Source of the DNA: Sphaeroforma arctica JP610
Lineage: Eukaryota
Direction of reading: 5' to 3'
DNA length: 56,902 nt
NCBI RefSeq assembly: GCF_001186125.1
Contig: NW_014040293.1
Location: 10,407-67,308, forward strand
Made by a program: the position numbers and the translations under genes. Below are positions 38,015 to 51,169 of this stretch, piece after piece. Each line of letters opens with the position of its first letter. The stretch's first letter is position 1. The notes under the pieces are model-generated. The model worked only from the letters and a program-made list of their open reading frames with translations, ran no database searches and was not told where the DNA came from.

Positions 38015-38460
38015 ATGAAGTCCAAGGTTGGGGGGCTGTAGCATCCAGAGACCAGATTGTCAGAAAGCCAATACAAAACCGAAATCCACAGAATCATCGA
38101 ATTTTGAGTTTTGGGTCCGGATCCAGATATTCCTGATATTAGAGTCATCAGAATTTTTTTGGCGGTAGAATCAGCAAGCTAAACTGGGACCCCACGTGTA
38201 AGAGAAACACTCAAGTAGAAACCTGAGTCTAGTGAATATGAAGTACAAGGTTGGGGGGCTGTAGCATCCAGGGACCAGATTGTCAGAAAGCCAATACAAA
38301 ACCGAAATCCACAGAATCATCGAATTTTGAGTTTTGGGTCCGGATCCAGATATTCCTGATATTAGAGTCATCGGATTTTTTTTGGCGGTAGAATCAGCAA
38401 GCTAAACTGGGACCCCACGTGTAAGAGAAACACTCGAGTAGAAACCTGAGTCTAGTGAAT
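38015..38460. repeat. 223-bp near-perfect tandem duplication
   Basis: 38015-38237 versus 38238-38460 (atgaagt.caaggttggggggc...ctgagtctagtgaat). Confidence 0.9.
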
Positions 38461-39056
38461 TAGAAAACACAAATAAAGACTCAGTTTGATTCTCTCCGAC
38501 TAGAGACATTTCTTAGCTGACATAACTATACTTGAGAAAAGGTATATTGTATCATTTGAGTAGTATCTTGCAGCTACTCTCCGTGCTCTACATAGCCTAT
38601 ACGCGTCTTTAGCTGTATCAGACTGTGAGACGTATTCTGCCTTGGCTGTAGAAGTTGTCACTAGCTGTTGCAGATTTGGTCCCTACATAAACGATGTGCG
38701 CCCGCTATAACGCCCACTCGCCCGATGGTGGATAGTTTTATTATGACATCGTTAGCGAATCTACTGTCTACACTCGGATAGGGAACACATGGTACCTTGT
38801 TTGTGTATTCGAGGCCGAAGTCTTGAATGTCAGCGAGATATTTCAAACAGCGCTTGGCTCCTCTGAAGTGACGATACTGTTTTGCTATCAGATAGTGACT
38901 TAGGATCGAAACAGCGAAGTATATATCCACTCGTGTATGATCAACAAGATATCGTAGCTGACTCACTAGCTTCTTGTATTGTGTGATTGTTGGGACGTCT
39001 GAACTTGCCGCTTTTTCTGGGATTTATGCGTGTAAGCCTGATATTTCATAGTCCGA

Positions 39057-39087
<31 letters not shown>

Positions 39088-40487
39088 AGTGTGTCTAGAA
39101 TTGGCACACATACTGGTTTACAGTCTATTAATCCCCATTCCTAAAAATCTTCACTTATGTATTGTCGTTGATGAAGGCGTACTCTTCTGGGGAGTATTTC
39201 CCCTTCGCACTTGAGAAATCACAACGGTATGCCCATATCAACACTATTACATTCTTCTTTCATTGCGTCAGCTAGTTTCTGTCCGTCAGTCTTACTCTGA
39301 AATGCTGTAATTTTGCCGTCTATATGTACAACAAAGGAACACGGTCCACTGTGCGGCTGTTTGATGAACAAAGTTTCGTCCGATTTTACGTGGTTATAAT
39401 TGTGGTGTATAGCAAACCGAAGAACACCTTGAAACCAGAAGTGCCCACTAGGTAGAAACTGTATACGCAACGGTTAACTCAACATACGACCTTTGTGTAT
39501 TCTTGTTTGCGACTTTCGTATAATTGTCTCTAAGACGGGTCGGGTAGATGTTCAATGGGATCGTATCCTTACGGCGCTCGCATATAGCTAGGGGTATCCA
39601 GTTCTTGAGTGAGGTATACAGAAGATGTATCGTATTGTCGAATGTCCATGTCGTAGTGTGCCATTAGGGCTAAACAGATCCCGAGTGTTTCCTTGGCCAC
39701 TATTGAGGCATAGCTTTCATCGTATTCGACTCCCTGTTTTTTGTTGAATGCTGCTACGTTCAGACGAGATTTAAGTCGCGTGACTTGTCCTGATTCATCC
39801 GTTTTTGCCTAGAATACCAATCGAGAGGAGAGTAGTACTTTTTTTTTCCGTGGTTTGTTGTTCACCAGAGTGAATGCCTTGCACTATAACATCAAGAATT
39901 TCATATCCGAATATACTGATTTCTCCCAGTCCATTGCGTTTGGCATCTCATATATCTTTTGTATGTTTTTGGTTCCATCGCTGAAGTTGCTGAATCAACC
40001 ATGTGCGTGGTGCTAGGAGATCGTTTCTTATGGCGACTGTCGTGCTACCAGTTGATATTATTGTCATCCACCGCAAGGTCTCACAGTTCTCGAGAGATTT
40101 GGCAGCCTTCTGCCGTTGCTCTAGCTATGGTTGCTTCGAGATCTCGTGCTGTGTTTTGGTAGTCGTTGCAGGAGCATCCGATTCACCGGTATGTACTTCG
40201 CTCTCAACAGGTTATTGTGTTGACGATGAAGTTATTTGTAGTTGTTCCGAGTTGCTCGAATTTTTCATGACAGCGGGCTGGGCTCGTTAGCAACGCATAT
40301 CTCTGTTGTCGATGTTGTCCTTGCGTCCGGTTGGAAGTCACTACTCTCGACTTGAAGGAATGTACTGCTGCTCGTAGCGTCTGGTGGTGCGACAGCGGTT
40401 GCACATTTGTTGCCTTCCCAGATAAACAATTCGTCTTTGAATATAAAGTCGTATCGGCTTTCTGTTTTACGCCTGGTCAGAGGTGAG

Positions 40488-40973
40488 TGTTAAAGTGCAA
40501 TGTAGGAGACTTTGAATAAAGTGCAAATGTATGTATTTATTTCTGACCTCACCTTTGGTTTTGTACCTTAGGTATTTGTGCTAGTGTTCAGCCGCTTGGA
40601 CTGGCCAGGGTAAAACCTCATATGGTCAGTATGAGAAACCTTATGCAGAACACTTTAACACTTCGACGCTATTCTATTTCAACTTCCCTGCAACTAAATC
40701 TCACGCTGATCACATGATGTCTTTCCGCATAGGTTGTGACTCACATACAACCGTAGCTATTTTTAGGATCTTGCGGTTGACAGACTCAATCCACTTTCGG
40801 GAATTGGTTGAGAAATATAATCTGCTCTCGGAAGTCGGTTGAGTTTTAACTCAACTCTTGAAAGTAATTTAAACAACTTGATTAGCTCTTGGGAGTGAGC
40901 TAACTCTGCTGACTTCCATAAATCAAAGAGGGTTTCTTGCTGTAAAATTTGGCCTGAGACCTGTAGTCTCTCG
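40488..40973 (-). mobile_element. Solo LTR nested in the copia pol, with 5-bp TSD GTGAG
   Basis: GTGAG at 40483-40487 and 40974-40978 flanks a complete LTR copy. Confidence 0.85.
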
Positions 40974-43900
40974 GTGAGTATATACGATACAAATCCTGTG
41001 TTGTGTCTAAAGGTTGCGCAAGAAGAATTTGTTGCCTAATTCACGGTTTTTGTATACGATATGACACCCGAATGTTCTGAAAATATCTATCGGAAATGCG
41101 TGTACTGTGAATTTCTCGTTTGGAGATGAGTTCTTCTTGTCGGTGAGTATAGTATTGTAAATGTTGATAGTTTGTATCAGGGATTCAGCCCACATAGGAG
41201 TCTGTAGACGTGCATATTTCAGTGGTGCACGTATTCTAGTGACAAGTGTACCATGCAGTCTTTCTACCTTACCATGGTACTGTAGCGTGGCCGTAGGAGC
41301 GTACCTGGAGCAGTATCACGAATACACGAACATGCGCCTAGCTACGTTCGCTGTAAACTGTGCCTCGACACATTTGTATTCACTGAACTCGACGACGAGT
41401 TAAATTGTACCATTTATCGAATGTGTGTGACATTGCGTTATACTCCTTGGTCATGCTAATTGATACAAAATGGATGTTGGATCCTATTCACGTTGCGAAC
41501 GGGCTAATTATATCGACGAAGGCTAACTCGAGAGACTCTGTGGCAGATTCGTGCTGTCGTTCTTTGTTGATATTCTTGTTCTTTTTCCTGCAATAGTGCA
41601 TACTTTATATCGTTCCTCTGGTTGTCTTATGTAGGGTAGATTTTTTTGTATGCACATATAGAATCATGTATACAGTAGCTTTATTTCTCCCTTTATTAAG
41701 GGTTATATATCCTTCACTTGTACACATATATTTACTGCTCACACATAAGTGTAGAGCAGGTTCTTTCTGAGTGTCACTATTCTTGTGACACTTTGACAGG
41801 TGTCAGTTCTCTTTGTGTACCATACTTCGTACCGAACTGTTTTTTTAAATTGATGACAGTGTTGGATTTGTCTTAACATTTTTGGGAAGTAACTGCGGTG
41901 CGCGAGCCTATTTTGTCATGAAATCTGGTTGGCATTCCCTAGCGATGGTTCCACTGTAGTCATAGATGTGTCGTCGATGAATGCACGCAATATATTCTGT
42001 GTTTATCTTGCACTGTTATAGTTGTAAAGCTTGGTAGTAGTAATATGTACATCATGTTGTTGGTAAACTTAAATGATATTGTCGCGCTGAGAGCAGGTTG
42101 ATACATAGTAGTGCAGTTTTGAAGGTCATTTTGACGAGTACGTCCCCTAGTTTTCCTAGCTGAGCCACATACTTCGGATAAATGATAGCACCGTCAGCTA
42201 CTTCGAGCGCATACCGGTCATTCATGCACATGTTGCGGACGAGATGATGCTAGTGGTACTTATAGAAAAGTACGTGTATGGTGGCGCAACTATCACAAGC
42301 TTGTCAGTATCCATCTCTGGAATCTATATCCAACAGATCGTTCACATCCTTGTTATCGATCGTAGGGATGATTGTGGAGAGTGTAATCTGTTTGTTAGCA
42401 GGTAGCTGGGCATGTTGTTGTCGTTGATTGCTCCGGGGTCGATAGGCTCCTGTGAACGTCGGGTATCTCATAAATATCTACTATAGTCGCAGTTTCGTTA
42501 ATTGTATCCATCTACTCGGTAGTCCTGTCGGTCAAAATCATCGCGATTGTCGTAGCGGTAATAATAGCGGTTGTTTCTGTTATATCTTTCATCACGTGTA
42601 CGGTAACAACGATCTCAATTTGGTCGGCTATGCTTGTTGTTGTTCTTGGACACATATCTGTAGTCTCTCATTTCGTGACGAGGAACAGACTTATCAATTC
42701 GCCGATCGTGTAGTTTGCGACCGTCATGGTCGCGCCCTGATTACTTGAATTACCAGCAAGACATGATGGTAGCTTACAGCATTACTCGATGGAATGTTCT
42801 CGATTGTTGCAAAATGCACAATTTCCTGTCGATATAGCTACATGTGCCTCGTGCACAACAGTAGATGGGTCACTTTCGTCTGGGTCCAATGCGATGAGAT
42901 ACGTGGTGAGTTCATCATACGTCGTGGCCATGATAGCGAGTGTTGTCAACGTAATATTAACAGTCTAGCTATCGTCGTTTACAGTCTGCCGTAGGATAGC
43001 ACATAAGCTGTTGTTGGACTTCGAGCCTCAGGCGTATTTGAATTCCACAAAGAATGTGTTGAGACGACTGATAAGACTGTTGCAAGATTCATTCCGTTCT
43101 TGCGGGATGCGGTTCAGTTTCCCTTCAAATGTCTGGATACCACCTTCGGTCAGGGCTTTAAACTTATGTTTCAATGCGGCGGAAGCTTCCCACTGGCTTA
43201 TCGATGAATTGACTGATATCCGTCTGCAGTAGTGGAGATAGAGTGCAATTAAAATGGGTCCATCAGTTGTCTCTAGCCGGTGCTGGATCGGTCAGCATGG
43301 CCGATATATCTTTACAATTCACGGACAGAACGCTCTGTTTTTTTCAGTGAAGCCGGTCGACATTCGGTTCGAAAATAGTAATGGTCTTAATTTTCATTGT
43401 CTTTATTTCTGACTCACCTTTGGTTATATACCTAATTGTTTGTGCTAGTGTTTAGCCGGGCTGGCCAGGGTAAAAAAATCATATGGTCAGTATGAAAGAA
43501 ACCTTCTGTAGAACACAATATTTTGACCTCTCTACAACGTAATCTCACGCTGATAACAAGTTAAGCAACTTGATTAGCTTTCGGGAGTGAGCTAATACCG
43601 ATGATTTCTATAAATCAAAAAAGGGTTTTTATTATAGAACATGGTCTGAGCCCTGTAGTCTCTCAACGATTCTGAAATACCTACTTTGTTACCTACATCC
43701 AATGTGACAAAACTAGCTGGCCTGTTCACTAACAGCGATGAAACCTACGCAGCTCCAACTACCGTACATCACATCATCATGTTTGTACTTCCCGATATTG
43801 TTTTAAACTCGGAAGACATAAGAGCTGTATTTGGAAGATTCACGTGTGTGATGAATTATGTTTTCTGTCGACGACATAAGATATACTCCAATATTCGAGG

Positions 43901-44083
43901 CATTTGAGCCATCAACGCTACCAACCTGAATACATTCCGCTCCTTTTTATTGGCCACTGAAACCATAACCGATACAGTGTCGTGTCCGAATTTCGAGACG
44001 TTACGTTGACTATATCTTCGACCTCAAACTCGACTATTTGCTTGGTATCGTTACAACTTCTGTCTTTATTTCAGTATAATTTC

Positions 44084-45764
44084 TGAGAGATGTCTCAGGC
44101 CAGATTTTACAGCAACAAACCATCTTTGATATATGGAAGTTATCAGAGTTAGCTCACTCCCGAGTGCTAAGTCGTCAGAGTTTGCTCACTCCCGAGAGCT
44201 AATTAAGTTGCTTAAATTACTCCCAAGAGTTGAGCTATTACTTAACCGACTTCCGAGAGTAGATTAAGTTTCTCAACCGATTCCCGAGAGTGGATTAAGT
44301 CTGTCAACCGCAGCATTCTATTAATAGCTGCGGTTCTATGTGAGTCACAACCTATTCGGAAAGGCATCATGTGATCAGCGTGAGATTTAGTTGCAGAGAA
44401 GTTGAAATAGAAAAGCATCAAAGTTTTAAAGTGTTCTGCACAAGGTTTCTCATACTGACCATATGAGGTTTTACCCTGGCCAGCCCAAGCGGTTGAACAC
44501 TAGCACAAACACCTTGGGTATAAAACCAAAGGTGAGGTCAGAAATAAATACATACATTTGCACTTTATTTAAAGTCTACTACATTGCTCTCTAATAACTT
44601 ATCGGATCACTCTGATCTCGCGCTATCAATATGCCTACTGTGAACTCTAAGGATATTAAGACTACCACTATTCTCGAATCGAAGGTCGACTGGCTTCCTT
44701 GGAAAACCCAGTCAATTATCTCCGTGAATTGTGAAGGAATCCCAACAATATTGACCAATCCGACCCCGTCTAGAGGCAACCGATGGACACCTAAGGAAAT
44801 CACTGAGGCTTATCGGATTATCAACCGCACCTTATCTCCACTACTGCAGACAGAGATCAGCCAATTCATTGATAAGCCGTGGGAAGCTTTTGCCGCACTG
44901 AAACGCAAGTTTGAAGCCCTGACCGACGATGATATCCAGACATTAGAAGAAGAACTGAACCGCATCACGCAAGAACGGAACGAATCTTACGCCAGCCTTA
45001 TCAGTCATCTCAACACGGCATTTGTGAAATTCAAAAACGCCGGAGGTACGAAGTCTAACAACAGCCTATGCGCTATTCTACGGCAGGCTGTAAACGACGA
45101 TAATCATACTGTTAGATTTACGTTGAAGACACCCGCTATGATGGTCATGTCGTATGATGAGCTCACCACGTATCTCATCGCATTGGATCCAGATGAAAGT
45201 GACCCATCAACCATTGTGCACGGTGCGCATGCAGCTATATCGACAGGAAATTGTGTATTCTGCAACAATCGTGGGCATTCCATCGGGCAATGCCGTAAGC
45301 TACAAGCGCTAATCAAATCATACGTTGTTGGTAACCCACATAATCAGGGTCGTGACCACGATGGTCGTAAACGTTACGATCGACGGATTGACAAATCTGG
45401 TCCTCGTCATGACATGAGAGACTACACATTTAAGTCCAAGAACAATGACAAGCATCGCCAATCTGATTCGAATTGTGGCTACCGTACTCGTGTGGAACAG
45501 TACAACAGAAACAACAGCTACCAATACCACTACGATAATCACGATGATCAGGACCGACAGGACTACCGAGTAGATAGGTACAATCGACGCGACTACGACG
45601 ATGGTAGATATTCACGAGAAACCAACGTTCACAAGACATTGACAGAACATACAGATCCCAGAGCAATCGACGCCAAGCTCATGAAGGCAGACAGGACAAA
45701 GCAATGTCAGCACAAATATCTGATGACCAGCTTTATTTAAAGTCTACTATATTGCACTCTAACA
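44084..45764 (+). mobile_element. Internally deleted copia element: 5' LTR, gag and last ~35 bp of 3' LTR, with 5-bp TSD ATTTC
   Basis: LTR 44084-44596; LTR terminus tttatttaaagtctactatattgcactctaaca at ~45731-45764; ATTTC at 44079-44083 and 45765-45769. Confidence 0.85.
44631..45740 (+). CDS. Copia Gag-like protein (369 aa) with CCHC zinc knuckle
   Basis: Open ORF directly after the LTR; WEAFAALKRKF, a UBN2-like region, and CVFCNNRGHSIGQC (CX2CX4HX4C). Confidence 0.75.
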   Translation: MPTVNSKDIKTTTILESKVDWLPWKTQSIISVNCEGIPTILTNPTPSRGNRWTPKEITEAYRIINRTLSPLLQTEISQFIDKPWEAFAALKRKFEALTDDDIQTLEEELNRITQERNESYASLISHLNTAFVKFKNAGGTKSNNSLCAILRQAVNDDNHTVRFTLKTPAMMVMSYDELTTYLIALDPDESDPSTIVHGAHAAISTGNCVFCNNRGHSIGQCRKLQALIKSYVVGNPHNQGRDHDGRKRYDRRIDKSGPRHDMRDYTFKSKNNDKHRQSDSNCGYRTRVEQYNRNNSYQYHYDNHDDQDRQDYRVDRYNRRDYDDGRYSRETNVHKTLTEHTDPRAIDAKLMKADRTKQCQHKYLMTSFI

Positions 45765-46536
45765 ATTTCCTTCATCTTTCTCAGACAAGAAAAGAATACA
45801 TCTCTGGTTCTACGCATTTCTCTAGTCATGGTGAGACATGGCCTTTTTGAGATTCCATGTTGAAAGGTATCTTACTATGACGGCCCCCTAAATAGTGAGC
45901 GGAAGTCGTACTAGTGACAGAATCCAATGTCTCCTTCATTTGTGTCTGTATCAAGTAAATTAAGTATGGACACATGTCAAGCATCATCCAGTATCGATCT
46001 TCTCATGGACTCTTTCATCTTTTAGTGTTTCCCACGTTTATACCTTTGGTCTGATGCTTATATGGTGCAACCATTTGATGACATGTGCGACAGAACATAC
46101 AGATCCCAGAGCAATCGACGCCAAGCTCATGAAGGCAGACAGGACAAAGCAATGTCAGCACAAATATCTGATGACCAGCTTTATTTAAAGTCTACTATAT
46201 TGCACTCTAACAATTTCCTTCATCTTTCTCAGACAAGAAAAGAATACATCTCTGGTTCTACGCATTTCTCTAGTCATGGTGAGACATGGCCTTTTTGAGA
46301 TTCCATGTTGAAAGGTATCTTACTATGACGGGCCCCTAAATAGTGAGCGGAAGTCGTACTAGTGACAGAATCCAATGTCTCCTTCATTTGTGTCTGTATC
46401 AAGTAAATTAAGTATGGACACATGTCAAGCATCATCCAGTATCGATCTTCTCATGGACTCTTTCATCTTTTAGTGTTTCCCACGTTTATACCTTTGGTCT
46501 GATGCTTATATGGTGCAACCATTTGATGACATGTGC
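45641..46536. repeat. 448-bp apparently perfect tandem duplication
   Basis: 45641-46088 equals 46089-46536 by reading. Confidence 0.9.
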
Positions 46537-46900
46537 CTGCAACAAGTAACAGTGTCGTCATGAAATCTTCCGCAAACTCGCTATATTTGCCAGTGCACAC
46601 TAAAGCTGGCCATGTGTGTAGCCAAAATTTGCGAAACACGTATAAATGCTCCCACTCAGTTTGTGCTGATTTGTCTTTCAGAGGATATAACACGTTATAT
46701 ACATCTTGACACGCCATCAAATACGAGACAGACATAAGCACTTATCGTACATCGGGTGTTCAGACTTAGGCATCTCAACCAAATCAATGGTAACCCGGCG
46801 TCACGGTTCGTGTTCAGATACCCTTCTCATATGAGTAAACCCGTGGCGCTTGATTCAGCTGACTTCGAACTGATGTGATACACTTGGGATAAAATATGCC
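46440..46900 (-). pseudogene. Ty3/gypsy integrase fragment
   Basis: LYPLKDKSAQT...WPALVCTGKYSEF...HQMVAPYKHQTKG resembles the rve core (P...SD.G.EF...YHPQ.NG). Confidence 0.6.
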
Positions 46901-47859
46901 TAATTCCGAGTGTACAATCCAGTATCTTTGATTTTTCTTCTTCCCGATACTCGCCTTATTCATATGCTTAAAAGCATGGCTCTGTGTTAATCATGTCAGG
47001 ATAGCTGCCTCAGATGTTTCTGTAATTGTAACTCAGGGGATGAGGATTCAATAGTATCATCACTTGGACTTGAAGGCTCTTTAGTCCAGCCAGGCGCGAA
47101 TGCTCTAAGGTATGTATACGGCTGATATTGTTTCTGAATTGGACAGTAGTATAATAGTATAATTTTGCAAAGTCGTTCATAATCTTTCACAGTAGCCTAG
47201 TCTCAGCTTAGTAAGCAATAGTTCTGTCTGTAAGAACACATGCAATCTAGTTGTAGAATGCATTTGCTAGTGATGAGCTCCTTATTTATTTTGTAGCTTC
47301 AGCTGTTTGTTTCTCACCAGCAACAGATACTGCCAGTCTTGTGTCGGTTTATGTGCCTTGTCTTGAGACCTTGGTGTCAACGACGTGATATCAAGAAGAG
47401 AATCTAATTTGTTACCTTTCTTTTGAAGGTTTCTGATGACGTTCACTTGGTTGTGCCAACTAAACCAGTTCGACACTTAGTATGCCGCCAAGGCGCCTTT
47501 GAACTGCTGGGATGCCCTAGTATAGAAAGGTATCTACTGTATTTTGTTAGAATTGGCTCACGTTGAATCATAGATGTATTAGTTTGTCGAGCCAATTATA
47601 CATTTGAATGTCCACAAGAGCAACTTAAGATTATGAAGCAGTAAATTTAGCGAATGGCTGTACCAACCAACCTAGTATAGGTTGGTTATCTGAAACGTTC
47701 AACTAAATTACTACAAAACTGGAAAGTGTCGCGAGTACACAACTCGAAAAGTGTCGCGAGTACACAACTCGATCTCAGTCCGCACGATCTGCACCTAGGT
47801 GGATTCTACTTGCAATGGTAGCATCCTGTATATATATACACATTTCAACAACTGTGGGA

Positions 47860-50100
47860 CTAGCAACCACGGTAAATTGACCTATGCGCTCTCGTGTGGA
47901 AACAATCTTTGGAACATGTCACCTTCTGGATGTCGCTAGAGTTAGGTATCACAGCAGATATGCAATATGATGTGCAGCAAACATATTTATGGTGTGTAGA
48001 TATATATGTTGAGCCATCTAGGATTGAATTTTCAACCCGGAGTGTATCTAGTAGTTCTTTTTTCATCACCTTGTCAAAGTCTGGCACAAAAGTGACAACA
48101 CGTCTAGATGATTATTGTATAAACTAGAAAATTAAAATATGCTTCTCAAAGAAAACTTTATAACCGTATTGACATGCCACCAATTAAATAACTGTGGTAC
48201 AGTTTTGGTTTCATGTTCTGTATGTACTGCAACAATGATTCTGATCACATAGTACATTAAAATGCATACCATACTAATTGCGCCACAATTCTGTGATAAT
48301 TTTAGAAATAAGATACAAAAGTAATATCACACACGGACCGTGGGGTTGTTGCATCGTCATAATTATTATTTATGGTTTATCATAGTTATTGTGAATAGTC
48401 ACGGCTAAACATCACACACCATGTATATAGCTATTAAGAAAACAAGTGCTATTTTAACAGTAGCAAAAAGCTCTTTCACTTTGTGTATAGCGAAGTAGTC
48501 GATTTGTAACGAATATCTTCCTGCTGCTACAGACACAATTGTTGTACATTAACTTCGGTTTCCCCTCAATTATTTGATACAGAGCGCCTGAGTAAAGTAC
48601 TCCTCTGGTTATAATTGAACATAAAGTCATGATATAACAATGATGTATCATCTTGTCATAACTCATGACCTTGGGTTTTTTTTGGCAAGATGATGTTTTT
48701 ACTGGAGAAGAGATAGTCGAAACTATATCTACGGTGGCTTCAGATAGATTACGTTCGCCGATGGTTCTTAAGCAATGTTTGCTTTCGACAGAATAGAAGA
48801 AGACAGTGGTTTGTATTCACAGATAGGTTTATGGATACACACAACGCCTCTTTTATAGGTGCAGCAGTCAAATGCTCTATTTTTCATTTTTACACTGCGA
48901 CAGCACTGTGCATTGTCATGTTATAGCCAGCAGGTCAGCATAGCAAAATCCTTTAAATAGCCCTCGTAAAGAAATTCCAAGCAGTTTGTTTAATCTATGT
49001 GATAGTTTCCAACGACTGAGCGAAATCAAGCTTCAGTCATCAATAGTCCGAATTGTCGCACAGCAACATGCATGATATTAGGAATCTCAGTGACAGCTTA
49101 CCATTGGTATCAGACATGGGTTTGCATACTTCAGTAAACATATCAGAACACGTCCTGAAAGGTGGCGATGATAGCTCTCTCACGTGTCTTGCTTTGCGTT
49201 GTTCATCCTTGCCTTGCTATTATCCTTGAAAACCTAATCTGCAAAGATAAATTAACGTAGTGACAACTTTGAATTTGTTATACAGGTTGTATCACTCTCT
49301 GTATAACGCACAAATTCAATATAATCCTCTAGGTACAAAATCACAAAAATCAAATTTCACTTTTATAGTATAACCCTCTGGAGGACAGATCTCTCTCTGA
49401 AAATATCGTTTCGGAGGAGAAGAATGATTACCGTTGCCTTTTCCTTCAGAGGGTCACTATTTTATATGAAGTCAGAAACTCTAAAGTCTAAACTACTGCC
49501 AACTGACAGAGCTCTTTGCAGCCAATAGAGAAACTCTTCTTAGAACCCATTCTTATCGATCAACCTCGGATGTTCATTTCTAAGCGCAGAAAGTGTCTAC
49601 TAGATATCACAATATACGACACAAATAATTTACAACGCACACTCATATACACAGCTACCACAACAGCACTTATACCCTGCGGGAAGTAGGAATTGATAAA
49701 AGTTCAAAGACTGCTCTTGAAAGACAAATACCATCTTCTGTAACATTACACAAACAGTACCTGTGTTTCCAAGTTCGAACGCATGAGACATTTTTTTTTC
49801 ATAGGTTATATCCAGAAGTTTGTCCCCCCTTACCTTTATCGCCACATCATTCTCCTTCTTGCTATTGCCATCGTCTCCAAGATCAGTACCTCTTTTTATC
49901 CCACTATCATCCTCGTCGTCCGACTGTTGCTTCTTATTGCCATCTTTTTGCCTTTTTTTTCTTCATGTAGTATAAACATGTATTCTTTGATTTAGCTGAA
50001 CAACGCGGGGTTGTTCTCAATGGTGTTGTATCAACAAACATCGACAGCTTCACCACTTTTATTTGTATTACTGTGTTCTTACTGACCATTGTAACAACTT
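47860..50100 (-). pseudogene. Possible highly degenerate piggyBac-like transposase relic
   Basis: In order on the minus strand: acidic N-terminal stretch (SDDEDD, ~49900), IPN.MH..QFG (~49070), GYLKDF (~48955), KPKLMYNN (~48550) and a Cys-rich tail CCTSYC...CSKDCFHTRAH (~47900). Broken by many stops. Confidence 0.35.
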
Positions 50101-50514
50101 CAAGTATACAACCAAGCTTATACAACTCGAATATAATTGATCATTGTTGTCCTGTTGTGGTCAAAATCGAGTCTGTTGCACACACATACAAAGTTGATAG
50201 CATGACACAACGATATATGTGTTGCTTATATGGTGTATGTTGGTATCTCATGGCAGTATGTAGTATCGGTTACTTATGTGACATATGTTGGTATGGTAGT
50301 ACGTGATGTGTGGTAAACCCTTATCACGTGCTTTTTTTTAATTGTGAAAAATAATGTTGGCTATAGGGGAGTTGAGTGACAGAGGCGTTTATATTGAGCG
50401 GTGAGCGGCAGAGGTGTTTATTTTCAGAGGTGTACGAAAGTACTGGGTTTGGGCAGCGGTGTACATCAGTGTTGGGTGCAAGTGGCGGTGAACAAGAATG
50501 TTATTATGTTAGGC

Positions 50515-50682
50515 ATGATTGGCGGTGTACGAGAATGTTAGGCATAATTTTTATATATACCAGGCTATGAATTGGCGGTGTACGAAAATGCTAAGCATAT
50601 CGGTGGTGTGCGAGATTGTTAGGTTTAACGGCGGGAGTCTTCATTGTAGGCATATCATTGGTGTACGAGAATGCTAGGCGTG
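50515..50682. repeat. Imperfect ~25-30 bp direct repeats (ggcggtgtacgagaatgttaggcat), 4-5 copies
   Basis: Copies at ~50518, ~50571, ~50601 and ~50657. Confidence 0.7.
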
Positions 50683-50741
50683 TAAAACAAGCTTTTTGAG
50701 TTCTGAATACGTACTTCTTTCTGATTACAAATTTTGTTCTC

Positions 50742-50995
50742 TGTAGTAGCAGTAGTATAGAACACCTAGACCTGAGAAAGAGGACTGATTCTACCCTGCC
50801 CTACTCCGAGGACCAGGACCGATATTTTATATTAGGACAATCCACACCATGCGCGGACTGTGAGCCTAGGACCATCCTATGCCAATATAGTCGACGACTA
50901 GATCAGGAGATCAGTCCTTTGCACACTAGTCCAGTAGATGTGACCGAGCATCTAGCTTAGTTAAACCCTAGTAAATAAGTGTACAGTCTACTACA
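50742..50995 (+). repeat. Putative 5' LTR (254 bp) of a gypsy-like element
   Basis: TGTAGTAG...CTACTACA 8-bp inverted termini, directly upstream of gag/protease remnants. Confidence 0.6.
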
Positions 50996-51169
50996 ACTAA
51001 GCTCTAGCCACATATACTAGACTACCATATAAAATTTTCTTAGTTTCTTTATCCGATCCAGTGGTTCCCTTCAAAAATTCGATCTGATTTCACTTATTTC
51101 ACGATTCCTTCGCTCCACAAGATTTTTTTATTAAATTTCCCCAGCTTACAATTCATTAGTCCTTGCAGC

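Larger units (their letters stand above)
38015..43665 (-). mobile_element. Degenerate near full-length Ty1/copia element: deleted 5' LTR, gag, protease, integrase, RT, RNase H
   Basis: LTR remnant 43398-43665; gag homologous to 44631-45740; CDSCATIH protease-like (~42290); MWAESLIQTINIYN...FGC (integrase); KSRL...QGVEYDESYASIV (RT); QLRYLVDHTRVDIYFAVSILS...DSRFAND...STTAKAEY (RT end and RNase H). Integrase precedes RT, the copia order. Confidence 0.85.
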
